Shown here one piece after another: positions 8,525 through 16,164 of a stretch of DNA of 53,185 nucleotides. Made by a program: the position numbers and the translations under genes. Every line of letters starts with the position of its first letter. Positions within the stretch are counted from its first letter, which is position 1. A model generated the notes under the pieces. It was not told where the DNA came from. It made no database searches and worked only from the letters and a program-made list of their open reading frames with translations. This DNA comes from an uncultured Parabacteroides sp. (GTDB lineage: Bacteria; Bacteroidota; Bacteroidia; Bacteroidales; Tannerellaceae), in NCBI GenBank assembly GCA_964542435.1, contig CAZIVE010000004.1, forward strand, positions 1 through 53,185. Direction: 5' to 3'.

Positions 8525-10034
8525 TCTCGGCAAATTAGGAGACTTGCTTCTTTATCATAAAGATGCTCCGATGCTCTTTAGCAGCGGGCTGTTCTTCTTT
8601 CTCTTTATTGGCTTTTTTGTCATTTATATATTATTGAGGAAGAATACGCTGGCGCGCATCATTTACGTAACAGCTTTCTCTCTCTATTTCTATTACAAAA
8701 GCAGCGGACTCTATTTTGTCCTGCTGTTGGTCACGGCCACTTCGGACTTTTGCATCGGACTCATGATGAGCAAGACCGAGTCGAAGCTGTACAAGAAACT
8801 TTGGGTGACGCTCAGTTTGCTGGTCAATCTCGGGATGTTGTCCTATTTCAAGTATTTTAATTTCCTCGGCGATATCATCGTCGGAGCCATCAACGAACTC
8901 GGTTTTCAATGGGGCAACAACACTATGCTTTGGATGTCGTTCAAGCATTGGGATATTTTCCTGCCGGTGGGCATCTCTTTCTTCACGTTCCAGAGCATAA
9001 GTTATATTATCGACCTTTATCGAGACCGCATCAAACCACTACATCGCTGGATCGACTACGTCTTTTATGTCTCATTCTTCCCGCAACTTGTTGCCGGCCC
9101 TATCGTCCGTGCACGTGATTTCATACCGCAGATCTATCGCAATCCGATCGTCACGCGGGCAGAGATGGGCGAAGGACTGTTCCTGATCATCTGCGGATTG
9201 TTCAAGAAGGCTGTCATCAGCGATTATATCAGTCTGAACTTCGTGGATCGTGTTTTCGATCAGCCGCTGCTCTATTCGGGACTTGAAAATCTCTTTGGCG
9301 TCTATGGTTATACGTTGCAGATCTATTGCGACTTCAGCGGTTATTCTGACATGGCGATTGGCATCGCATTGCTGCTCGGCTTCCGTTTCAACATCAACTT
9401 CGATTCGCCTTATCAGAGTGCAACTATAACCGAGTTCTGGCGTCGTTGGCACATTTCCCTGTCTTCATGGTTGAAGGATTACATCTATATATCGCTCGGA
9501 GGAAACCGCAAAGGTCGGATCCGCATGTATCTGAATCTTCTGATCACGATGTTCATCGGCGGATTGTGGCACGGTGCAGCCGTCCGATTCATTCTTTGGG
9601 GAATGCTTCACGGCGTTTCGCTTGCGATCCATAAGTTTTTTATGCTCCATTTCGGCTGGATGAAAGTCGGAGAGGAGATGAAACCGTGGCGCAGAGTGCT
9701 CGGCGTGATCTTCACTTTCCATTTGGTCTGCTTCGGTTGGATTCTGTTCCGTTCTCCCGATATGACGACGGTAGGTCGCATCCTGCAACAGATCTTCACC
9801 GATTTCCATCCTGAGATCTTCACGCAGTTCGTCACCGGATACAGCATGGTCTTCTCTCTGATGATTCTGGGTTATGTGATGCATTTCATGCCGCGCAGTG
9901 TGGTTAATTTCATGCAGCAGACGGTACAGCGCAGTCCGCTCGTCGTACAGGCCCTCATGCTTGCTGCAGCTATTTTAGTTGTGGTACAGTTTAAGAGTGC
10001 CGGCGTACAACCGTTTATCTATTTCCAGTTCTGA
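8505..10034 (+). CDS. MBOAT-family membrane O-acyltransferase (AlgI/PatA/DltB type)
   Basis: The protein is polytopic. It has the MBOAT signature regions FWRRWHISLSSWLKDYIYISLGGNR and GGLWHG (conserved His). I prefer the start at 8505 (MLTDNIDLG) over the track start at 8466. It overlaps the upstream gene by 20 nt. Confidence 0.85.
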   Translation: MLTDNIDLGKLGDLLLYHKDAPMLFSSGLFFFLFIGFFVIYILLRKNTLARIIYVTAFSLYFYYKSSGLYFVLLLVTATSDFCIGLMMSKTESKLYKKLWVTLSLLVNLGMLSYFKYFNFLGDIIVGAINELGFQWGNNTMLWMSFKHWDIFLPVGISFFTFQSISYIIDLYRDRIKPLHRWIDYVFYVSFFPQLVAGPIVRARDFIPQIYRNPIVTRAEMGEGLFLIICGLFKKAVISDYISLNFVDRVFDQPLLYSGLENLFGVYGYTLQIYCDFSGYSDMAIGIALLLGFRFNINFDSPYQSATITEFWRRWHISLSSWLKDYIYISLGGNRKGRIRMYLNLLITMFIGGLWHGAAVRFILWGMLHGVSLAIHKFFMLHFGWMKVGEEMKPWRRVLGVIFTFHLVCFGWILFRSPDMTTVGRILQQIFTDFHPEIFTQFVTGYSMVFSLMILGYVMHFMPRSVVNFMQQTVQRSPLVVQALMLAAAILVVVQFKSAGVQPFIYFQF

Positions 10035-10106
10035 TAATCGTAGCCGTGAGGGTGAAACAGCCTTTTTAGATTTAAAAAAGGCCACTGCATTGGTGAAAGT
10101 GGTAAT

Positions 10107-10365
10107 GCTATCTACAATGTATTTTCCTTGTTTCAGCTCAGCGGGAAGCTATCTACAATGTATTTTCCTTGTTTCAGCTCAGCGGGAAGCTATCTGCAAT
10201 GTTTTTTCCTTGTTTCAGCTCAGCGGGAAGCTATCTGCAATGTTTTTTCCCTGTTTTAGCTCGGCGGGAAGCTTTTCTACAATGTATTTTCCTCGTTTTA
10301 ACTTAGCGGAAAGCTTTCTACAATGTATTTCCCCTCGTTTCAATTTTGCGGGAAGCTTATTCGTA
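10107..10365. repeat. Tandem array of about 6.3 units with a 41-42 bp period
   Basis: Units start at 10107, 10148, 10189, 10230, 10271, 10313 and 10355. Units 1 and 2 are identical (gctatctacaatgtattttccttgtttcagctcagcgggaa). Unit 3 has 2 changes, unit 4 has 3 more, and units 5-6 are 42 bp and more diverged. GGTGAAA words at 10051 and 10092 precede the array. Confidence 0.9.
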
Positions 10366-10506
10366 CATATTTCTAACGATTGACTTATATTTTTATAGCA
10401 CAGCAATAAATTTATTCCCATTTTTACCAAATTATTCCGATATTCGTGGTCAAGAGAGGCGAGTGAAGGATTCTCGCATCGTTAACCTTATTATTACTCA
10501 GGAAAG

Positions 10507-12363
10507 ATGAAACAAATCGTATTCATTACAGCAGCAGCTATGACTGCTTGTAGTTTTATGCCGTTGCAATCGCAGACGACAGCTCCTGTCAGAAAAATAG
10601 AGCAGGTGGATTTTTCTCATGTCAAGATCCACGACAGCTTCTGGTCGCCACGGCTTGACCGTCATACCACGGCAACACTTCCCGTATGCATCGACCAGAT
10701 CGAGAACAAGACCGGTCGCATGCGCAACTTCGAGAATGCTGCCAAACATGAGGGAAAACATTCCGGCATCTATTTCGACGATTCCGATGTCTACAAAGCT
10801 TTGGAAGGAATTGCCTACAGCCTCGTCAACCATCCAGATGCAGCCCTCGAAAAGAAGGCCGACGAATGGATCGACAAGTTTGCCGCAGCGCAGCAGCCGG
10901 ACGGCTATATCAATACCTATTTTACGCTTACCGGACTTGATCAGCGCTGGACCGACATGGGAAAACATGAGATGTATTGCGCCGGCCACATGATCGAAGC
11001 AGGCGTGGCCTATTACAAGGCAACGGGCAAACGGAAGTTGCTCGATGTCTGCATCCGCATGGCTGATCACATGATGAATACGTTCGGACCGGGCAAACGC
11101 CATTGGGTACCGGGACATGAGGAGATCGAACTGGCACTAGTCAAACTTTATGGCGTTACGAACAATCAGAAATACCTTGACTTTGCCGATTGGCTGCTCA
11201 ATGAAAGAGGCCATGGTTACGGCAAGATGGGCTATATTCCCGGCTTCACGAGTGCCTATTATCAGGATTCGATTCCGGTCAAACAACTTAATAGCATCTC
11301 CGGTCACGCCGTTCGCAGCATGTATCTCTATTGCGGAATGTCGGATGTGGCTGTGCTGAAAAAGGATGAAGGTTACACCAAAGCACTCGACAAATTGTGG
11401 GACGATGTGGTCTATCGCAATATGTATATCACCGGCGGTATCGGCTCCTCGGGCGACAACGAAGGCTTCACGGTAGATTATGATCTGCCGAATCTCGAAG
11501 CCTATTGCGAGACTTGTGCTTCGGTCGGAATGGTATTATGGAACCAGCGTATGAACGAAATGACGGGTGACGCAAAATATGTGGACGTGTTGGAGCGTTC
11601 GATGTATAACGGAGCTTTGGCCGGCATTTCCCTTGCGGGTGATCGGTTCTTCTATGTTAATCCGCTGGAGTCAAAAGGCGATCATCATCGCGAAGCCTGG
11701 TATGGTTGCGCCTGCTGTCCCAGTCAGATATCCCGTTTCCTTCCGTCGATCGGAAACTATATCTACGGTACTTCGTCCAATGCCCTTTGGGTGAATCTCT
11801 ATATCGGCAACAAGACGGAGATCCCGGCAGGAAGTGCAAAGATGAACGTCAGCATGGAGACAGGTTATCCATGGAACGGCAATGTAAAGCTTTCTTTGGA
11901 CAATGTCCTGCCTACGATGAAAGAGCTTCGCATGCGCATTCCCGGATGGTGCAAGAGTTATCAGTTTAAAGTCAATGGCAAATCAGTAAAGCCTTCCATT
12001 GAGAAGGGTTACGCCGTGTTGAAGAATCACTGGAAATCCGGAGATGTCATCGAACTGAATCTGAATATGCCGGTTGAAGTAGTTGCTGCCGATCCACATG
12101 TAAAGCAGGATCTTGGGAAACGTGCCATTCAGCGTGGCCCGTTGGTTTATTGCATGGAAGAGACGGACAACAAGTCGGCCTTTGATTCCATGATTCTTTC
12201 TCCTGCAACGAAATTCACCAGCGTCTTCAATGCTTCACTGCTCGACGGCGTAGAGACGATCAAAGCCGTCACTGGAGCCGAGACGATCAACTTCATTCCC
12301 TATTATGCATGGGATAATCGCGAAGCTGGTAAAATGAAGGTTTGGATTGATTACGGAAAATAA
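10507..12363 (+). CDS. GH127 (DUF1680) beta-L-arabinofuranosidase-like glycoside hydrolase, secreted
   Basis: The ORF is 618 aa with a signal peptide. The motifs MYCAGHMIEAG, YITGGIGS and AWYGCACCPSQISRF (Cys cluster) are typical of the HypBA1/GH127 family. Confidence 0.8.
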   Translation: MKQIVFITAAAMTACSFMPLQSQTTAPVRKIEQVDFSHVKIHDSFWSPRLDRHTTATLPVCIDQIENKTGRMRNFENAAKHEGKHSGIYFDDSDVYKALEGIAYSLVNHPDAALEKKADEWIDKFAAAQQPDGYINTYFTLTGLDQRWTDMGKHEMYCAGHMIEAGVAYYKATGKRKLLDVCIRMADHMMNTFGPGKRHWVPGHEEIELALVKLYGVTNNQKYLDFADWLLNERGHGYGKMGYIPGFTSAYYQDSIPVKQLNSISGHAVRSMYLYCGMSDVAVLKKDEGYTKALDKLWDDVVYRNMYITGGIGSSGDNEGFTVDYDLPNLEAYCETCASVGMVLWNQRMNEMTGDAKYVDVLERSMYNGALAGISLAGDRFFYVNPLESKGDHHREAWYGCACCPSQISRFLPSIGNYIYGTSSNALWVNLYIGNKTEIPAGSAKMNVSMETGYPWNGNVKLSLDNVLPTMKELRMRIPGWCKSYQFKVNGKSVKPSIEKGYAVLKNHWKSGDVIELNLNMPVEVVAADPHVKQDLGKRAIQRGPLVYCMEETDNKSAFDSMILSPATKFTSVFNASLLDGVETIKAVTGAETINFIPYYAWDNREAGKMKVWIDYGK

Positions 12364-12388
12364 GATATAAAGGAATCCAAGTCATTGA

Positions 12389-12432
12389 AAGGATCTGCTG
12401 TCTGAAATATGAAGCAGATCCTTTTCGTTCTT
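12389..12432 (+). terminator. Intrinsic terminator after the GH127 gene
   Basis: A perfect 11-bp stem (aaggatctgct / agcagatcctt) with a 13-nt loop is followed by ttcgttcttt. Confidence 0.7.
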
Positions 12433-12532
12433 TACTTGTGCATCCATTATAAATTCATTATTTAGTTCCTTGTTGATCTCCATAACTGCAAAATGGTTAT
12501 TTGTAAGTATTGCGAAGTGTTTATAAGGGGCT

Positions 12533-12540
12533 TACATTTG
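12533..12540 (+). promoter_or_regulatory. -7 promoter box (TAnnTTTG)
   Basis: tacatttg lies 47 nt upstream of the ATG at 12587. Confidence 0.5.
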
Positions 12541-12586
12541 CAAAATAATTCACTTGGGTAGTAATTGGTTATTATAAAATAGAAAT

Positions 12587-12970
12587 ATGAGAATAGAGCA
12601 TGCAGCCATTTATGTAAAGGATATCGAACAGTCGAAAGATTTCTTTGTCCGTTATTTTGGAGCCGTTTCAAACGAAATGTATCACAATCCGAAGACAGGA
12701 CTTCGAACCTATTTCCTTACGTTCGACGGTGGTTCTCGTCTGGAACTGATGACGCGTCCTGACCTTTGTCCTTCAGTGAAGAATCCGCTTCAATGTGGAT
12801 TCATACATATTGCTTTCAGTGTCGGATCTAAAGAGAAGGTCGATTCTCTGACGGAGACACTTCGTAAAGATGGATATTGTGTTGTCAGCGGTCCACGAAC
12901 GACGGGCGATGGCTGCTATGAGAGCTGTGTGAAAGACAAGGAAGATAATCTGATAGAGATAACCATATGA
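12587..12970 (+). CDS. VOC/glyoxalase-family protein
   Basis: The ORF is 127 aa. The N-terminus MRIEHAAIYVKDIEQSKDFF and the single-domain size are typical of glyoxalase/bleomycin-resistance/dioxygenase superfamily proteins. Confidence 0.7.
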   Translation: MRIEHAAIYVKDIEQSKDFFVRYFGAVSNEMYHNPKTGLRTYFLTFDGGSRLELMTRPDLCPSVKNPLQCGFIHIAFSVGSKEKVDSLTETLRKDGYCVVSGPRTTGDGCYESCVKDKEDNLIEITI

Positions 12971-13448
12971 AAAATGTCAATGAAACCGTTCGTCGGCAAG
13001 ATAGAATTATGGATGAATCCCGTGCAATGGAGAGCTGAAAAATGGAGACTACGGCGTTCTTTCCATGTACGATGCAGAAACGAAGACACCTTATGGTGTT
13101 CCTGTGAACTATGTTTGGGATGGGAAAGACAGCATCTTTATACACTGTGCAGTAGAGGGACGGAAACTGCGTTGCATAGAAAAGAGCTCCGATGTGTCCT
13201 TTTGTATTATCGGGCACACGCGTGTTATCCCATTTAAATTTACGACAGAGCGAGAGAGTGTTATTTTTAAAGGAACGGCACATTTCCAACTTGGCGACGA
13301 AGAAAAGCTGCGTGCCTTGAGTCTGCTGGTAGATAAATTTTCGTCTGAGTTTAAGGTTGCTGGAATGAAATATGCAGAGAAATCTCTACATAGAGTTGAA
13401 ATCATTCGTGTTGATTTTACCGAGTGGAGTGGCAAATGCAAATACTGA
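12967..13448 (+). pseudogene. Frameshifted pyridoxamine-5'-phosphate-oxidase-like (Nim-family fold) gene
   Basis: The ATG at 12967 overlaps the VOC stop codon (ATGA). It reads MKNVNETVRRQDRIMDESRAMES and then stops at 13036. The 0-frame is open from 13017 and reads ..GELKNGDYGVLSMYDAETKTPYGVPVNYVWDGKDSIFIHCAVEGRKL.. through to 13448. Joined with one extra base near 13030-13035, the two parts give about 160 aa, a canonical PNPOx/Nim length and N-terminus. Confidence 0.6.
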
Positions 13449-13564
13449 ATGGGAGGCCATTAGCAATAAATATGGCCGTAGATGTTGCCTGTTTGTCTTT
13501 GAAAGTTGCAAATATCGGGCAATAAATGAAAAAAATCCGACAAGAGATAGACAATGAATCAACC

Positions 13565-13572
13565 TACATTTG
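13565..13572 (+). promoter_or_regulatory. -7 promoter box (TAnnTTTG) for paralog 1
   Basis: tacatttg lies 44 nt upstream of the ATG at 13616. Confidence 0.45.
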
Positions 13573-13615
13573 CTTCGTAAACGAAAATACACAAACCAAT
13601 TAATTCTTTAAGATC

Positions 13616-14608
13616 ATGAGTAATAGAAGAACTTTTTTAAAAAATCTTTCCCTCATCTCGTTGAGTGGATTCGTAGGAGAGAGAGCATTCGCTTCCAATC
13701 AGCCCTCATTTATGGGAAGCGAGATTCCTTCAGTGATGAATACGGAAGGCAAGAAACAGATGGGCTTGCAGACCTATTCACTGGGACAGGAACTACTGAA
13801 GGATATGCCGAACGGATTGAAACGTCTGGCAAAGATGGGCTACACAGAGTTGGAGATTTTCGGATATAAGGAAGACTCCGGTAAATTCGGCGATTATTCA
13901 CGTACCAACACTACGTTTATTGATCCTCAGAATTATTTTGACATGGCAGATAATGCAGGACTCGTCATCACAAGTTCGCATCTTACTCCGATGATCCAGG
14001 ATTATACAAAGGAGAATATGCCGAAGTTCGAAGAGTTTTGGAAGAAGGCAACGGATGTCCATTTCAAGTTAAATGCAAAATATATGGTGCAGCCGAGTCT
14101 GCCCCGTATTCAGAGCGAAGACGATGCTAAGCGTGTGGCTGATATTTTCAATCGCGCCGGTGAGATCACCAAAGAGGCCAATATTACTTTCGGCTATCAT
14201 AACCATAGCAACGAATTCAAGACCATCTCAAAAGACGGTGTGCAGGATATTCCCAAGTCTCCTTTCGAGAAGCCGCAAGGACCTTTCATCGAGGAATTGT
14301 TGTTGAAGAATACGGATCCTGAAAAAGTATCTTTTGAATTGGATGTTTATTGGGCTATGATGGCTCAGCAGGATCCTGTTGAGTGGATTCAGAAATATCC
14401 CAAGAGGTTTAAGCTGCTCCACATCAAAGACCGTTGGATCATTGGTGATTCGGGAATGCTGAACTTTGCTAATATCTTCAAAGCCGGTTATCAGAACGGC
14501 ATGACGAACTACTTCGTTGAACTGGAAGGTGATCCTGATAATAGAAGCCAGTTTGAAGGTGTTGAACAAAGTGCGATGTATCTCAAAAAGGCATCGTTTG
14601 TCAAATAA
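13616..14608 (+). CDS. Tat-exported xylose-isomerase-like TIM-barrel protein (sugar phosphate isomerase/epimerase family), paralog 1
   Basis: The ORF is 330 aa. It has the twin-arginine motif SNRRTFLKN followed by a hydrophobic region and AxA. TIM-barrel motifs are GYTELEIFG, GYHNHSNEF and FELDVYW. Confidence 0.7.
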   Translation: MSNRRTFLKNLSLISLSGFVGERAFASNQPSFMGSEIPSVMNTEGKKQMGLQTYSLGQELLKDMPNGLKRLAKMGYTELEIFGYKEDSGKFGDYSRTNTTFIDPQNYFDMADNAGLVITSSHLTPMIQDYTKENMPKFEEFWKKATDVHFKLNAKYMVQPSLPRIQSEDDAKRVADIFNRAGEITKEANITFGYHNHSNEFKTISKDGVQDIPKSPFEKPQGPFIEELLLKNTDPEKVSFELDVYWAMMAQQDPVEWIQKYPKRFKLLHIKDRWIIGDSGMLNFANIFKAGYQNGMTNYFVELEGDPDNRSQFEGVEQSAMYLKKASFVK

Positions 14609-14663
14609 TGTTTCAGATGAATTAACCAAATTCCATTCATAGATTAAAATAATAATGTATTGA

Positions 14664-14729
14664 GGGTTGTCCAGTTTTCGGCTGCATCTGTGAAAGATGA
14701 GTCTAAGACGAAGGACAGCCCTTTTTATT
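14664..14729 (+). terminator. Long-hairpin terminator candidate after paralog 1
   Basis: gggttgtcc pairs with ggacagccc (one G-U pair). An inner stem is formed by catct/agatg. The hairpin is followed by ctttttatt. Confidence 0.5.
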
Positions 14730-14857
14730 CTCCCTATTTAGGTTTTGTTGATGCACATCAAAAAATGAGTTAATAGCTAAGAATCAGCCACTTTTTGACA
14801 AACATCAAGAAATAGGAAATATTGGGAAATCAGATACTTATTGAAGAATTTTTGTTA

Positions 14858-14865
14858 TATATTTG
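14858..14865 (+). promoter_or_regulatory. -7 promoter box (TAnnTTTG) for paralog 2
   Basis: tatatttg lies 46 nt upstream of the ATG at 14911. Confidence 0.45.
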
Positions 14866-14910
14866 TCAGTGTAGTCAAAACATAAACTAACTTATTAATT
14901 CTTTAAGACC

Positions 14911-15903
14911 ATGAGTAACAGAAGAACTTTTTTGAAGAATTTCTCTCTTTTGACATTAGGCGGATTAGCCGGAGAGAAAGCAATGGCTTCCAATCATTCC
15001 TATTTTAGTGGAAGCGAAGTGCCTTCAGTGATGAGCACAGAAGGTAAGAAGCAGATGGGCCTGCAGACCTATTCTTTAGGGCAGGAACTTCTCAAGGACA
15101 TGCCGAACGGTTTGAAACGGTTGGCTAAAATGGGTTACACTGAATTGGAAATCTTCGGTTATCGAGGAGATTCAGGAAAGTTCGGTGATTATTCGCGTAC
15201 TAATACGACATTCATCGCTGCAAAGGACTATTATCAGATGGCAGAGGATGCAGGCTTGCTTATAACGAGCTCACATCTTTCGCCTTCCATTCAGGAATAC
15301 ACCGCAGAGAACATGCCGAAGTTTGACGAGTTCTGGAAGAAAGCGACCGATGTGCATTTCAATATGAATGTGAAATACATGGTACAGCCGAGTCTGCCGC
15401 GTATTCAGAGCGAAGACGATGCGAAGCGTGTGGCTGAGATCTTCAATCGTGCCGGTGAAATAACCAAACAGGCGGGAATCACGTGGGGATATCATAACCA
15501 CAGCAATGAGTTCAAGACCATCTCAAAAGATGGCGTGCAGGATATTCCAAAGTCTCCTTTCGAGAAGCCGCAAGGACCTTCCATCGAGGAACTCTTCCTC
15601 AAGAACACAGATCCTGACAAGGTCGTATTTGAGTTGGATGTATATTGGGCCATGATGGCTCAGCAAGATCCCGTGGAATGGATCAACAAGTATTCTCAAC
15701 GTTACAAACTGCTCCACATCAAAGACCGTTGGATCATCGGAGATTCGGGAATGCTGAACTTTGCCAATATCTTCAAGGCTGGATACAAGAACGGCATGAC
15801 GAATTACTTCGTCGAGTTGGAAGGTAATCCCGAAAATAAAGTCCAGTTTGAAGGCGTCGAAAAGAGTGCGATGTATTTGAAAAAGGCATCGTTTGTCAAA
15901 TAA
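14911..15903 (+). CDS. Tat-exported xylose-isomerase-like TIM-barrel protein, paralog 2
   Basis: The ORF is 330 aa. A gap-free manual alignment to paralog 1 gives 51 mismatches in 330 residues (about 85% identity). The Tat motif SNRRTFLKN is the same. Confidence 0.7.
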   Translation: MSNRRTFLKNFSLLTLGGLAGEKAMASNHSYFSGSEVPSVMSTEGKKQMGLQTYSLGQELLKDMPNGLKRLAKMGYTELEIFGYRGDSGKFGDYSRTNTTFIAAKDYYQMAEDAGLLITSSHLSPSIQEYTAENMPKFDEFWKKATDVHFNMNVKYMVQPSLPRIQSEDDAKRVAEIFNRAGEITKQAGITWGYHNHSNEFKTISKDGVQDIPKSPFEKPQGPSIEELFLKNTDPDKVVFELDVYWAMMAQQDPVEWINKYSQRYKLLHIKDRWIIGDSGMLNFANIFKAGYKNGMTNYFVELEGNPENKVQFEGVEKSAMYLKKASFVK

Positions 15904-15954
15904 TGTTTCAAATGGATTAACCAAAGTCCATCCATCGATTCAATAATTTATTGC

Positions 15955-16020
15955 GGGTTGCCCAGTTTTAGACAGCATCTGTGAAAGATAAGTCTAAGAT
16001 GAAGGGCAACCCCTTTTTAT
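15955..16020 (+). terminator. Long-hairpin terminator candidate after paralog 2
   Basis: A perfect 9-bp stem (gggttgccc / gggcaaccc) is followed by cctttttatt. It is homologous to the hairpin after paralog 1. Confidence 0.55.
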
Positions 16021-16086
16021 TCTTCTTTTGCATGCTTTCGTCTTATCTTTTCATAGGAAGTTGATACGCGAAAGGCTGTTTTTATT

Positions 16087-16094
16087 TATCTTTG
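16087..16094 (+). promoter_or_regulatory. -7 promoter box (TAnnTTTG) for glgB-manA
   Basis: tatctttg lies 70 nt upstream of the ATG at 16165. Confidence 0.45.
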
Positions 16095-16164
16095 CGCTGG
16101 TTCGCGAAGAGAAGGAACTTCTGTGCCTGCTCTTTCCTTTTGTTCAATCTAACAAGATACAATC

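Larger units (their letters stand above)
13590..16020 (+). repeat. Tandem segmental duplication: two units of about 1.14 kb offset by 1295 bp, each with leader, gene and terminator
   Basis: Similarity extends beyond the CDS on both sides. The leaders are ..ttaattctttaagaNcatgagtaa. The 3' flanks are attaaccaaaNtccatNcatNgatt ... hairpin. A unique spacer of about 155 bp (14730-14884) lies between the copies. Confidence 0.85.

Noticed and set aside
10060-10082. An AT-rich hairpin (gccttttt / aaaaaggc) after the MBOAT stop codon was considered as a terminator.
   Set aside because: The 8-bp stem is mostly A-T, and no T-tract follows it on the plus strand. The support is too weak to call.
9979-10383. 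ORFs run through the tandem arrays: 9979-10383, 10215-10430, 19231-19437, 51785-52000, 52037-52264, 52101-52286 and 2827-3054.
   Set aside because: They stay open only because the repeat units happen to lack stop triplets. With a 41-bp period the frame rotates in every unit, so there is no conserved peptide repeat. There is also no sensible start context.
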